The notes: generated from the letters alone by a model not told the origin. Positions 1 to 8,449 are shown, counted from the stretch's first letter. The stretch is DNA of 64,000 nt from an uncultured virus (IMG/VR IMGVR_UViG_3300034118_000426) (IMGVR_UViG_3300034118_000426); one strand, 5' to 3'. A program made the numbers and translations.

Positions 1-273
1 CATACATGGTTGATATTTACCATGTACACCAGTAGGAATCCATTCAAAGTTTAACCACTTCTTGTTAGCCTCATACTTTGGATGACCCTCTTCATAGATT
101 TCCATCGTGTGACAACCAATGTAACTTGGATACCACAATTGACCACTGGGATCTAACCAGTAGTCAGTCATTGTGCCACCAATACCTTCTTCAATGTCTT
201 TGGTTTGACACACTGTATTTGTAAACTGCTCGCCCAAATCATATGAGCTTCTTAGATAGTCAAACATTCCCAT
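1..273 (-). CDS. hypothetical phage protein, truncated at the left window edge (MGMFDYLRSSYDLGEQFTNTVCQTKDIE...)
   Basis: Hand-translated. ATG at 273 and an open frame to position 1. Not in the ORF track. Confidence 0.75.
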   Translation of the reverse strand, partial: MGMFDYLRSSYDLGEQFTNTVCQTKDIEEGIGGTMTDYWLDPSGQLWYPSYIGCHTMEIYEEGHPKYEANKKWLNFEWIPTGVHGKYQPCM

Positions 274-274
274 G

Positions 275-442
275 TTACGTTACCGTCATGTTAAAGTTAA
301 AACTATCTATAAAGGTTTCCCATGCTCTATCATTAAACTCTTTGGTTTCATAAGAGAAACGATATCCATTCTCTTCCTGTAGAGCATATTCAATCTCACA
401 CCGAATCAGTGCTCTCAGTTGTTCTATTTGTTCTTTAGTCAT
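275..442 (-). CDS. hypothetical protein, 55 aa (MTKEQIEQLRALIRCEIEY...)
   Basis: Hand-translated. TAATG overlap with the upstream ORF stop, and it fills the gap exactly. Confidence 0.65.
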   Translation of the reverse strand: MTKEQIEQLRALIRCEIEYALQEENGYRFSYETKEFNDRAWETFIDSFNFNMTVT

Positions 443-642
443 TAGTAAATACTCCCCAGTTGTCCTGGATCATTACTGCCAGTACATTCTAGCATGTGGT
501 CTGATGCTTTGGGGCATCGTTTGTTGCCGCAGGTAGGACACAACACCATCTGAAATAGATGATGATGCCCTGTTGCTTCAGCACAACACCTTTGACACCA
601 ACAGGATAGATTCATTTGTTTTTCGTATAACTCCTCCATCAT
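442..642 (-). CDS. small Cys/His-rich putative Zn-binding protein
   Basis: CWCQRC...CPTCGNKRCPKASDHMLEC. Start moved to the ATG at 642, which gives an ATGA overlap. Confidence 0.65.
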   Translation of the reverse strand: MMEELYEKQMNLSCWCQRCCAEATGHHHLFQMVLCPTCGNKRCPKASDHMLECTGSNDPGQLGSIY

Positions 643-1274
643 TCTGTTTGCTCCCAAAGTTTTTCACGCATCATTCTAACACATTTATCCCATTGTAGCG
701 TATCATATGATGGTCGTGGGTCTTCCTTCGGCAACCATCGCTCAACTGCTTCTACAATCTCGTCACACATATCAATAGAGAATCCTAGCTCATCTCTCAT
801 GATTTTCCATAATGATGGTGGGCGATTGAAATGCTTTTCAAGTAGTTTATCAAAATCAAATACACCATCTTCCTTTGCTTGTTTCATAGCATTACGCAGA
901 CCTTCATTTACTTGTTCTGGTGTTTGTGGGGTTGGTTGATATTCAGTCATGATTGTCCTCGTCAAATAATTTTCTGCTAGTTTAATACCATCTAAATTAT
1001 CACCCAACATTCCAATGCCAGTGTTACATTTTCTACAAATCCAACCACGATATTTTCCTGTTTCATGACAATGATCAATTAACAATCCATCAGTTAGTTT
1101 ACCGCAACATTCACAATATTTTGGTTTAGGATGAGATTTTTTAAGTGCTTTTACTTCTTGTTGATGTCTTTTAGTACAACTTTTACAATACGGACTTAAA
1201 TTATCACCTTTACATGAATTTTTACCAAATTCATTTAATGGCAAATTTTGTTTACATCCAGAACAATACTTCAT
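639..1274 (-). CDS. recombination endonuclease VII-family (His-Me finger) putative homing endonuclease, fused in frame to a hypothetical protein
   Basis: N-terminal CxxC...CxxC, then CECC...IDHCH...RGWICRKCNTGIGMLGD (EndoVII motif). ATGA-coupled start at 1274. Internal GAGGA+ATG at 950. Confidence 0.8.
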   Translation of the reverse strand: MKYCSGCKQNLPLNEFGKNSCKGDNLSPYCKSCTKRHQQEVKALKKSHPKPKYCECCGKLTDGLLIDHCHETGKYRGWICRKCNTGIGMLGDNLDGIKLAENYLTRTIMTEYQPTPQTPEQVNEGLRNAMKQAKEDGVFDFDKLLEKHFNRPPSLWKIMRDELGFSIDMCDEIVEAVERWLPKEDPRPSYDTLQWDKCVRMMREKLWEQTE

Positions 1275-1453
1275 GAATCGTAAGGCACCTGTAAATCTTT
1301 TTTCCATTGATCGGTGAAGCACAACCAAGGCTCTTCTTTGTGTGACATTTCTGCCATCCAGTGTTGACCATGCTCGTCAATCGCATCCAAGTAATGAATG
1401 CGTGTCTTAGGGTCAATCGTGCGAGTTACATAGACAAACTTAACTTTATTCAT
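1271..1453 (-). CDS. hypothetical protein
   Basis: ORF track. ATGA overlaps on both sides. Confidence 0.7.
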   Translation of the reverse strand: MNKVKFVYVTRTIDPKTRIHYLDAIDEHGQHWMAEMSHKEEPWLCFTDQWKKDLQVPYDS

Positions 1454-1668
1454 TTCACAAAAGCTCCAATAGCAGGAACATCACCACAAATCTCATTCAC
1501 TCTTCCTACTGTTTGGTCTTTGAGTGCTTGACGACACTCTAAGTTCTTATTGTATGTTTGTTGGAAGAGTGCTCGTTGTTGTTGAGAATCATAGGTGATA
1601 ATAGCACCAGCAACGATTATAATAAAAAAGAAAGACAAAATTGCCCAATCAATTCCTTCAAATTTCAT
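1450..1668 (-). CDS. hypothetical membrane-anchored protein
   Basis: N-terminal hydrophobic helix WAILSFFFIIIVAGAII. ATGA overlaps. Confidence 0.7.
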   Translation of the reverse strand: MKFEGIDWAILSFFFIIIVAGAIITYDSQQQRALFQQTYNKNLECRQALKDQTVGRVNEICGDVPAIGAFVK

Positions 1669-1892
1669 AGTGCCTCCAATTCATCACAAATAGCATCAAT
1701 CTCTTTGAGACATTCATCCCATCCAGCATTAAACATTACATCCAGTTCATCAGTAAAATCAATCTTATTCGTTCCTGATAGTTGCTTACGAAGATGTTGA
1801 AGAACCTCTTGAAGCATCCAAGCAGTATTGTGTGCTTCACTTTTACAAATAACTTTTAGGAGTTCTTCTGCTCTTTCTTTATTCGTAGTCAT
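1665..1892 (-). CDS. hypothetical protein (MTTNKERAEELL...)
   Basis: Start moved to the ATG at 1892, which follows a GGAG-containing RBS. Confidence 0.7.
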   Translation of the reverse strand: MTTNKERAEELLKVICKSEAHNTAWMLQEVLQHLRKQLSGTNKIDFTDELDVMFNAGWDECLKEIDAICDELEAL

Positions 1893-2061
1893 AATACATC
1901 TCCTCCTCATAACGAACATAATCACTTTGAAGATAGTTAAAAAACTCTCCATCTTCACTTCTCATAGTATAACACCATTCATCAAAGATTTCTCCTACCC
2001 ACCACCAACCAACTTGGATTTTCTCAAAGAAATTCATAGGACGATTGTAGAGTTTCGTCAT
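1879..2061 (-). CDS. hypothetical Trp-rich protein
   Basis: ORF track. ATGA overlap with the upstream gene. Confidence 0.65.
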   Translation of the reverse strand: MTKLYNRPMNFFEKIQVGWWWVGEIFDEWCYTMRSEDGEFFNYLQSDYVRYEEEMYYDYE

Positions 2062-2261
2062 CGTGCTCCCTCTTTAATCATTTTACGCATAGTTGCTTCA
2101 CTAATAATGTCTTGTTCCAGTTCGTGTGGTGGTGCTACTTTGAGGTAGATTTCATAATGAAACTCATTCATATCTTTGGACGGGATATATCCTTTGTAGG
2201 ACAACATTTTTTGGATTGCTTTTTTGGTTGGTTCTTCCCAGTCCTCTTTGAAGTTAAACAT
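2058..2261 (-). CDS. hypothetical protein
   Basis: ORF track. Part of the overlapping gene chain. Confidence 0.65.
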   Translation of the reverse strand: MFNFKEDWEEPTKKAIQKMLSYKGYIPSKDMNEFHYEIYLKVAPPHELEQDIISEATMRKMIKEGAR

Positions 2262-2553
2262 TATACTTTAATTCCGTTTCTTTCATACGCAGCAGGAAAC
2301 TATCATCACCAATGTCACCACTGTAAAGATAGTCAATGTGCTTCATAATCTCTGCCATCTTACGCAGTTTGGGTATCTGCTCCCGTAAAACATCAATCAC
2401 ATCAGGGTCGTGGTTGGGATACCATTCATAACCATAAGTGCGGTCTTCATTCCTTTCCTTACCATTATTCTCAATCTCTACTTCCAACTCATCAGCAAAC
2501 TGTGAGACCTTGTAGTAATCGTATCCGTTGTCAGTGAAGTGTCCGCCGCTCAT
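2254..2553 (-). CDS. hypothetical phage protein (MSGGHF...IDYLYSGDIGDDSF)
   Basis: ORF track. ATGA coupling and GGAGG RBS. Confidence 0.75.
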   Translation of the reverse strand: MSGGHFTDNGYDYYKVSQFADELEVEIENNGKERNEDRTYGYEWYPNHDPDVIDVLREQIPKLRKMAEIMKHIDYLYSGDIGDDSFLLRMKETELKYNV

Positions 2554-2762
2554 TTTGCCTCCTCGTATTCGTCAATCTTTTCGTTGATAAAACCAGTCAT
2601 ATCAATGGTGTATGGATTTGTGCCCTCAATCTCGCAATCAAAGAGAAACTCCATAACAGCACCAAGAATCAGACAAGCACGGCGTTTGTCATGCTTGGTG
2701 ATAGCTGTGTGAGGCAGAGCAACATAGTTTACGATGTGCTCGTAGAGTTCGTCGTAGGTCAT
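2550..2762 (-). CDS. hypothetical protein
   Basis: ORF track. ATGA coupling. Confidence 0.7.
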   Translation of the reverse strand: MTYDELYEHIVNYVALPHTAITKHDKRRACLILGAVMEFLFDCEIEGTNPYTIDMTGFINEKIDEYEEAK

Positions 2763-2947
2763 TTTAGTTTAGATAAGCAAAGGGAGCAAAGGGAATCGTC
2801 AGTTTTAGGAACTCTAAACATAATGTGATTTCCAGAGCAACAATCTCTATCACCACATTTCATACAATTATCACAAACCCACTCTTTTTGATTACGACAC
2901 TTGACGAAATCTTCAAGAGTGTAGTTTTGGAGGAAAATAGTATTCAT
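2759..2947 (-). CDS. small Cys-rich putative Zn-finger protein
   Basis: CDNCMKC...CC...H...CSLC. TGATG/ATGA overlaps. Confidence 0.65.
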   Translation of the reverse strand: MNTIFLQNYTLEDFVKCRNQKEWVCDNCMKCGDRDCCSGNHIMFRVPKTDDSLCSLCLSKLK

Positions 2948-3126
2948 CAGAAATCCTCTTCGTCAAAGGTAAAGTATTCGTAGATTTGAGACATCACAGC
3001 GTCTTCAATGCGCTCAATAATAGCACCTTCAGAAGGATTCTCAACGTGTTTGTGTGCCAACGCATATCCACGACGCACACCTTCTTCAATCGCCATTTCT
3101 AAGATGACACGGGTTTTAGGTTTCAT
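2947..3126 (-). CDS. hypothetical protein (MKPKTRVILEMAIEEGV...)
   Basis: Start moved to the ATG at 3126, with an ATGA overlap and GGAG RBS. Confidence 0.7.
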   Translation of the reverse strand: MKPKTRVILEMAIEEGVRRGYALAHKHVENPSEGAIIERIEDAVMSQIYEYFTFDEEDF

Positions 3127-3245
3127 CGTTGCCAATCTCCATTGATTACATTCCAAAACATTTTACTATTGAAACCAATAATGTGGGGGTAGTTGGTTTC
3201 CCAGTATCCTGTGATGTGACGATACCAGATAGTATAGACAGTCAT
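3123..3245 (-). CDS. hypothetical protein, 40 aa (MTVYTIWYRHITGYWE...)
   Basis: Hand-translated. ATGA overlaps at both ends. Confidence 0.55.
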   Translation of the reverse strand: MTVYTIWYRHITGYWETNYPHIIGFNSKMFWNVINGDWQR

Positions 3246-3415
3246 TCTTCTTCCTCCACTGGAAACATTGTAGCATACTCTTCATCGGTGAGCGTGAGAT
3301 ACTCTACATCAGCATCTTGGTGCTCTTCAGCATACACCAATTGATAGTGAGCGAAGTCACTCAAACTGGTGCTACCATATTCTACCACACCATCAACAAG
3401 ACAAAGGTAGTTCAT
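3242..3415 (-). CDS. hypothetical acidic protein, 57 aa (MNYLCLVDGVVEYG...)
   Basis: Hand-translated. ATGA overlaps at both ends. Confidence 0.65.
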   Translation of the reverse strand: MNYLCLVDGVVEYGSTSLSDFAHYQLVYAEEHQDADVEYLTLTDEEYATMFPVEEEE

Positions 3416-3669
3416 TCATCCCATCCCGCAAAGTATTCTGTGAAAAATTCAAAAGCAAGAGATTGTTTATCGTTATTAAGTTCTACACCAAAAAGAGAAC
3501 TGGCAAGAAAAGAAAGTGTGACATGAAATCCACCAGAACACCAATGATGAGCGGTAGGATTTTCATAATTCACCCACAGAAATGAATGATTTTTGAAGAC
3601 ACCAAACTGCCAAGTATAAGAGGTTTCACCATTTTCCCAAACTTTTTTATCGTATTGAAAGAGTTTCAC
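3412..3669 (-). CDS. hypothetical protein (MKLF family, probable paralogue of 4897..5172)
   Basis: ORF track. ATGA coupling. Confidence 0.7.
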   Translation of the reverse strand: MKLFQYDKKVWENGETSYTWQFGVFKNHSFLWVNYENPTAHHWCSGGFHVTLSFLASSLFGVELNNDKQSLAFEFFTEYFAGWDE

Positions 3670-3902
3670 AAGATTACATCCTTGATTTCAGTGATAACTT
3701 CCCAGTGTGCGTCAGCTTTATCACCGAAGCGATTAGTGCCAGTGCGAGTGCTGACCCAGAAGAAGTATTTGCGATTCTCAGCAGCGAGAAACAACTCACT
3801 GCCAGTATCCTGCTCTACAACACAGACAGGATTACCTTCCATGCTGTTAGCAAGGCGATTCTTTGCCTTGCTACTCTTAGGTTTGACTACAACTTTTCTC
3901 AT
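3666..3902 (-). CDS. hypothetical phage protein (MRKVVVKPKSSKAKNRLANSM...)
   Basis: ORF track. ATGA coupling. Confidence 0.75.
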   Translation of the reverse strand: MRKVVVKPKSSKAKNRLANSMEGNPVCVVEQDTGSELFLAAENRKYFFWVSTRTGTNRFGDKADAHWEVITEIKDVIL

Positions 3903-4096
3903 TTGCCAGCAATAACAGCGAGAATGACAAAGATAACAAGGAAAGCGAGAGCAATCAGGGCACTAATCCACAGCGGCGACAGCACCCACACCCACGGCCA
4001 AGTAATATGACCCGTGAGTTTCAGACCGACAAACAGAACGGTCAGAAGACCAGGAAAACCGATACCGCTGGAGGAAGAAGAGGAGTTGCTGGACAT
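3899..4096 (-). CDS. small two-helix membrane protein (GIGFPGLLTVLFVGLKLTGHITWPWVWVLSPLWI)
   Basis: Start moved to the ATG at 4096, downstream of the promoter at 4121-4149. Hydrophobic helices. Confidence 0.75.
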   Translation of the reverse strand: MSSNSSSSSSGIGFPGLLTVLFVGLKLTGHITWPWVWVLSPLWISALIALAFLVIFVILAVIAGK

Positions 4097-4120
4097 GGCG
4101 TGTCTTTCGTTGATGTATGT

Positions 4121-4149
4121 AATATAACACCCCCCAACGCTGGTGTCAA
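4121..4149 (-). promoter_or_regulatory. sigma70-type early promoter
   Basis: TTGACA-17 nt-TATATT on the minus strand, in an intergenic gap. Confidence 0.8.
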
Positions 4150-4166
4150 GGGGTGATTGATAAGTA

Positions 4167-4697
4167 TTACGGATACCTGCCGACAATCTCAATAGAATAT
4201 CTTATCTGTCCTCCAAATCCAGTAAATGATTGATCTACTTCTGCTGAGATAGCTGATAACACTGCTTTTCCTTTTGCTAAATCATCCATCACCTTACACA
4301 AATGCTTATCCATTTGTGTGTTTTGTGGCAACATGAATGTGTTTGGTGTATGTGGTGATACTGTTGTGCCGTTACTAATCAATGCGTTTGGTCTGATATA
4401 GCTACCATCCATAGTTATGGCACCATTGTTTACAGTAGCAGCAGGAATAACAAACGCACCACTATCCATGATTTCTGACCCACCATTGATAGTTAATCCT
4501 GGATTAGTGTTAGGTTGAATGGATGTAATACTATTAGCACGACCAAAAGAGAGAAGATCATCTCCCATACCTCCAAGCAGGCCAGGTAATAGAGATTCTC
4601 TGAAGTCTTCTACTGTCGGTGATTTTTTTTCTTCTACGACTTCCTCTTTCTTCTCACCGTAGATTTCTTCGTATTTGTCAATCAGTGGGTTGCTCAT
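4167..4697 (-). CDS. hypothetical protein
   Basis: 176-aa ORF with ATGA coupling. Confidence 0.75.
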   Translation of the reverse strand: MSNPLIDKYEEIYGEKKEEVVEEKKSPTVEDFRESLLPGLLGGMGDDLLSFGRANSITSIQPNTNPGLTINGGSEIMDSGAFVIPAATVNNGAITMDGSYIRPNALISNGTTVSPHTPNTFMLPQNTQMDKHLCKVMDDLAKGKAVLSAISAEVDQSFTGFGGQIRYSIEIVGRYP

Positions 4698-4900
4698 TTC
4701 TTTTTCTTCCTATCAATAACTTCAACATGTTTTAGATGACCTGCTGGTGTTTGTAACCATCGTGCGATAACTTCATCATACCATTCGTATGCTTCTACTT
4801 TACCACTGGCATAGAATAGTTTGTATTTGTGCCTGTCATATGGTTTATAACAGCTCTGCTCAAAGTATTCTGATGATGTTTTAGGAATCAGTTGTGTCAT
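4694..4900 (-). CDS. hypothetical phage protein (KPYDRHKYKL)
   Basis: ORF track. ATGA coupling. Confidence 0.75.
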   Translation of the reverse strand: MTQLIPKTSSEYFEQSCYKPYDRHKYKLFYASGKVEAYEWYDEVIARWLQTPAGHLKHVEVIDRKKKK

Positions 4901-5172
4901 AGATATGAGTCTCCGCGATGGTATCTGTCAAAGTTTCGTGGGCAAGATGTCAGAAAATCGCAGCGAATCTCAAACCACTTCCAGCGGAATGAGAATCCTG
5001 TAAGTGAGCGACTACCGAAGCTAATCAGCAGCATTGGGAATATTTCTGTGGCAGGAAACTCATCCCACTGAATGACAACATCCATCAATGCGAAATATGG
5101 ATACCATCCAAGCAGTTGGAAATACCATTCGTGCCCGTAATCTTCGTAGTGATAATAGTCAAAGAGTTTCAT
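4897..5172 (-). CDS. hypothetical protein (MKLF family)
   Basis: ORF track. ATGA coupling. Confidence 0.75.
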   Translation of the reverse strand: MKLFDYYHYEDYGHEWYFQLLGWYPYFALMDVVIQWDEFPATEIFPMLLISFGSRSLTGFSFRWKWFEIRCDFLTSCPRNFDRYHRGDSYL

Positions 5173-5384
5173 TCTGCTAACCTCAATTTACGCTCAGGTG
5201 AAGGGATGTGAATAACAAATGGATCGTCATATGGATAGACATATTCATAATACCAACCTACGTTAATGGTCTCCCAAAACTCTCCATACCCCCATTCATC
5301 GCCAGCATTATAGGCGTCAAGGGCACTACAGATATAGTGGAATCCTTCAAGGAATTCCTGCCATTTAGATTCTTTAAGTCTCAT
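5169..5384 (-). CDS. hypothetical protein
   Basis: ORF track. GAGGA RBS. Confidence 0.7.
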   Translation of the reverse strand: MRLKESKWQEFLEGFHYICSALDAYNAGDEWGYGEFWETINVGWYYEYVYPYDDPFVIHIPSPERKLRLAE

Positions 5385-5568
5385 CCCATTCCTCGTATCT
5401 GGTATTGATTCTACCGTTATTGAGGAAAATATTCAAGTGCCCTGTGTTACCATTCTCAAGGTAGAATGCCATCCACACATGATGCCCCTCATCCATCACC
5501 TCATAGTGATAGGATTTGATATTATCCAGCAGAAACTCGTCTGGGTTGAATAGTGTTTTGTCGTCCAT
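5374..5568 (-). CDS. hypothetical protein
   Basis: ORF track. TAATG coupling. Confidence 0.7.
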   Translation of the reverse strand: MDDKTLFNPDEFLLDNIKSYHYEVMDEGHHVWMAFYLENGNTGHLNIFLNNGRINTRYEEWDET

Positions 5569-5927
5569 TATGAATAGTTAAAGTAGAAGTGTGTTTCCCA
5601 ATCAAATCCTGGCTGGTCTCTACGCTCAATCATCTTCACAATATATGGTGGAATCAGATTAGCATACTGAGTCATAAACTCTTCTTGTGTAGGCTGTGTT
5701 AGACCATAAATGTAATGGTCGGCACCTTCACCAATAAACTTAACAAACCTCTCAAGGTCTCTGTCTCTATCATCAAACTGTTGATAGTTACGACATACTT
5801 TCAACCAGAAAGACATACCCTCTCCAGTGGCAAAGTATTCAATCGCAAAGAAACGATAGAATGGTCGCTCGTTTTCTTCTTCTCGTTTCGCTGCTTCTTC
5901 AAGCATTTCTTCATGCGTCATTTTCAA
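5568..5927 (-). CDS. hypothetical protein (IEYFATGEG motif)
   Basis: ORF track. Part of the overlapping chain. Confidence 0.7.
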   Translation of the reverse strand: MKMTHEEMLEEAAKREEENERPFYRFFAIEYFATGEGMSFWLKVCRNYQQFDDRDRDLERFVKFIGEGADHYIYGLTQPTQEEFMTQYANLIPPYIVKMIERRDQPGFDWETHFYFNYS

Positions 5928-6252
5928 TCACCACACATTCTTGTACAATAAAAATAGGGATGTTATTTCCCTGTTCATCAAACTGAGGTAATGGTTTACC
6001 ATCTTCACCCAACTCAAAAGGAGCATTCTGAATAATATAATGAACAGATCCACCAACTTCTGCTTCTTCAATCTGTTGTTTAATACCCTCGATGGTAGTA
6101 AATTTGGGATTAAGCGAAGCATCAAGTAATTCGAATGCTTCTTCAATATTTTTCCAATCAGTCTGCGATAAAGTTTTCATTTTTTGTTTTAATAAATCGG
6201 GATGTCGTGCGTATAGCGGTCCTGGGTAGTTACCAGCAAATTTTTTGTCCAT
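5911..6252 (-). CDS. hypothetical protein
   Basis: ORF track. TAATG coupling. Confidence 0.7.
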   Translation of the reverse strand: MDKKFAGNYPGPLYARHPDLLKQKMKTLSQTDWKNIEEAFELLDASLNPKFTTIEGIKQQIEEAEVGGSVHYIIQNAPFELGEDGKPLPQFDEQGNNIPIFIVQECVVIENDA

Positions 6253-6872
6253 TAATTAATATCTATCTCCAATCCTTCTGCTTTATCATAGCTTCCAATT
6301 TTACCACAAGGAAATGTGTTGAAAGAAATAGTATATCTATCGTAATCTACATTTGTATTTTCGTCAACACTATGATAGAGATACGAAGGAAAAATTAACA
6401 AATTACCACGGATTGTTTTCTCTTTGTGTATAACTCTACTGAAATTTTCACGATCAAAATAAGGTTTTAATCCTAGTGAATTTGACCATAAATCCCAAAT
6501 ATTTTCGACACTGAACCAAGTACAGGAATCAGAATTTACTAAGTAGAATATACCACTAATTAAAGAATTGTGATGTACATGTGGATGATGCCATTGCTGA
6601 AATTCAGAACGATTACCCCACATTTGTATTATTTTTAATTTATCACACTGTAATTTTATTTCTTGCTGAACTTGATATAAGCAATCATCAAACCAATCAA
6701 CTATATTTTTATAGTTTTTATCTTTTTCTAGTCTTGAGTTTTTAGTGAAAAAATTATTAGTATTCTTGACCCAATTTTCATTCTGTAGATTATTGTATAT
6801 GTTTAAAATTAATTCTTCATCAAGACATTCAAACTTGAATATAGATTGAGGGCATAGTGATATTTTTTCCAT
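6252..6872 (-). CDS. putative 2OG-Fe(II) oxygenase (TIGR02466-like)
   Basis: W.N...HHPHVH.NSLISGIFY...GNLLIFPSYLYHSV...RYTISFN pattern. Confidence 0.85.
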   Translation of the reverse strand: MEKISLCPQSIFKFECLDEELILNIYNNLQNENWVKNTNNFFTKNSRLEKDKNYKNIVDWFDDCLYQVQQEIKLQCDKLKIIQMWGNRSEFQQWHHPHVHHNSLISGIFYLVNSDSCTWFSVENIWDLWSNSLGLKPYFDRENFSRVIHKEKTIRGNLLIFPSYLYHSVDENTNVDYDRYTISFNTFPCGKIGSYDKAEGLEIDIN

Positions 6873-6874
6873 AG

Positions 6875-6880
6875 TATTTA
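6875..6880 (-). promoter_or_regulatory. possible T4-type late promoter core TAAATA, directly before the oxygenase ATG
   Basis: tattta on the plus strand in the 9-nt gap. It is very close to the ATG, so the call is uncertain. Confidence 0.35.
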
Positions 6881-6881
6881 A

Positions 6882-7439
6882 TTAATTGCGTATAAATTGA
6901 TACCAACCAGTAGCAATATATTTTACACCAATATTTGGAGTAACACCTTTATGGGCATGTGTCCACCCCGCACTCCACACCACACATCTCCCCGCTCTAG
7001 ATTCTGTAATTAAATTTTGATAGGGAAATTCAGTACCACACTGAGCATCATTTAAATATATCATCCATGCTAGTATTCTATCTGGGTTAGAAATTTCATG
7101 TTCACAATGTAGACGAAAATATCCTTCGCCATTTTCATATTTTTGGATATTATACACATCATCTACTCTCCATAGAGATATCATTTTCAATATCTCATAT
7201 TGTGACACAAATTTGTCAACCGCACTATGAAGTGCTGGTAATAATATTTTATTGTAATTATTATCCGCAATATCAGTAAAATTACAGCATACATCAGTAG
7301 ATTTTTTAACACTATCTACAATTTGATAATTACCAACAACTCCAGGAGTTTTTCTTTTATCAGATTCATACAATGAAATAAGTTCTTGACATTGATCAGA
7401 TGTCAAAACATTATCATATATTTCAATTCCTAATTTCAT
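6882..7439 (-). CDS. 2OG-Fe(II) oxygenase, prolyl-4-hydroxylase-like
   Basis: KKSTD...IQKY..GEGYFRLHCE...RILAWMIYLND...GTEF...WTHAHKG...KYIATGW. Start moved to 7439. Confidence 0.85.
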   Translation of the reverse strand: MKLGIEIYDNVLTSDQCQELISLYESDKRKTPGVVGNYQIVDSVKKSTDVCCNFTDIADNNYNKILLPALHSAVDKFVSQYEILKMISLWRVDDVYNIQKYENGEGYFRLHCEHEISNPDRILAWMIYLNDAQCGTEFPYQNLITESRAGRCVVWSAGWTHAHKGVTPNIGVKYIATGWYQFIRN

Positions 7440-7635
7440 AAGTTGGTGGGTGATATTTAAGATACTCAAAGAACGTGAGTTTCATTTCTTTCTTTGTCAT
7501 ACCGCAATGAGCAGCAGCGGCAGGAAGTGTCATCTTTGATTGAAACAATCCTTCGTTTGCTTCTTTAACATTCTCTGGAGTTGTTTTAACAGGCACTTCA
7601 TACAGTGCTGCTTTATTAATTTTGAAAAGGTCCAT
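7423..7635 (-). CDS. small protein with a possible helix-turn-helix
   Basis: MTLPAAAAHCGMTKKEMK resembles an HTH. Confidence 0.7.
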   Translation of the reverse strand: MDLFKINKAALYEVPVKTTPENVKEANEGLFQSKMTLPAAAAHCGMTKKEMKLTFFEYLKYHPPTYEIRN

Positions 7636-7822
7636 CTTTAGCCATCATGTCAAGTTGATCTAAGATACCATCGAAAGATTTCATCTGGTCAATACGACAC
7701 AGAATCTCTGAAATACTATTACAAACCACTGGACGCTCTTGACGAGCAGCGTATGCCAAAGCATTGCGAAGTGCGGCAGATGCTTCATTCAGTGATTCTT
7801 CTACAGATTGTGATAATGCCAT
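7616..7822 (-). CDS. hypothetical phage protein (MALSQSVEESL...)
   Basis: ORF track. TGATG coupling. Confidence 0.75.
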   Translation of the reverse strand: MALSQSVEESLNEASAALRNALAYAARQERPVVCNSISEILCRIDQMKSFDGILDQLDMMAKDGPFQN

Positions 7823-8010
7823 CAGTCAGATGCCCTCCATTGTGTAAGTTTATTGCGAACGGTTTGAAATTCTTCTACATGCTGAAGAATGCGTTGTGCC
7901 GTTTCACGAACACATTCTTGAGTTTCTTCACAATCCCATTCACAGATTTCAGTCCACACATAGTAGATTTCATCAACGATGGAATCAATCAGTTTATCAT
8001 AATGAGTCAT
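7822..8010 (-). CDS. hypothetical protein
   Basis: ORF track. GGAGG RBS and ATGA coupling. Confidence 0.7.
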   Translation of the reverse strand: MTHYDKLIDSIVDEIYYVWTEICEWDCEETQECVRETAQRILQHVEEFQTVRNKLTQWRASD

Positions 8011-8132
8011 TTAGTAACCTCCAGAAGACGCTTGAGCGCCTGTTTGCGAGCTTTTGCTTGACGCAGTGCCTGAGGTTTCAGGGTGCGCTTCTGTTCTTTC
8101 TTAGAGTGATGCTGCCAGTTCGGGATGGTCAT
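8007..8132 (-). CDS. small basic protein, 41 aa (MTIPNWQHHSKKEQKRTLKPQALRQAKARK...)
   Basis: Hand-translated. AGGA RBS and ATGA overlap. Confidence 0.7.
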   Translation of the reverse strand: MTIPNWQHHSKKEQKRTLKPQALRQAKARKQALKRLLEVTK

Positions 8133-8161
8133 TGTCCTACTGTTTCTATGATTATATAGGA

Positions 8162-8395
8162 TTATTCAAAAGACGGGCAGACAAAATAGGAGAGTTCGTC
8201 GCCTGCTTCAGCGGAACCCCACTCATAAAACTCTTGACAAAGTGCCATGATGTCACCATCACGACCACCTTTCTTGTCAAGAAGTTCAAAACGATTTTCA
8301 ACGTATTCAAGGATATTTTCTACAACATTTTCAACGTCGTCCGATTCAATCATCGGAACAACGCCGTCATCGCCGTAGTCTTGAATGCCGATCAT
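8162..8395 (-). CDS. hypothetical acidic protein (MIGIQDYGDD...)
   Basis: Start moved to the ATG at 8395, after an AGGA RBS and a promoter. Confidence 0.7.
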   Translation of the reverse strand: MIGIQDYGDDGVVPMIESDDVENVVENILEYVENRFELLDKKGGRDGDIMALCQEFYEWGSAEAGDELSYFVCPSFE

Positions 8396-8419
8396 GGGTG
8401 TCCTGTTCAGTGCTCCGCT

Positions 8420-8449
8420 ACTGTAGCACAGGCGGTGGGGGTCTGTCAA
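8420..8449 (-). promoter_or_regulatory. sigma70-type early promoter with extended -10
   Basis: TTGACA-18 nt-TACAGT, with TGn directly before the -10. Confidence 0.7.

Noticed and set aside
3371..3410. Apparent extended -10 promoter TGGTAGAAT
   Set aside because: It lies inside a well-coupled 57-aa ORF and has no properly spaced -35.
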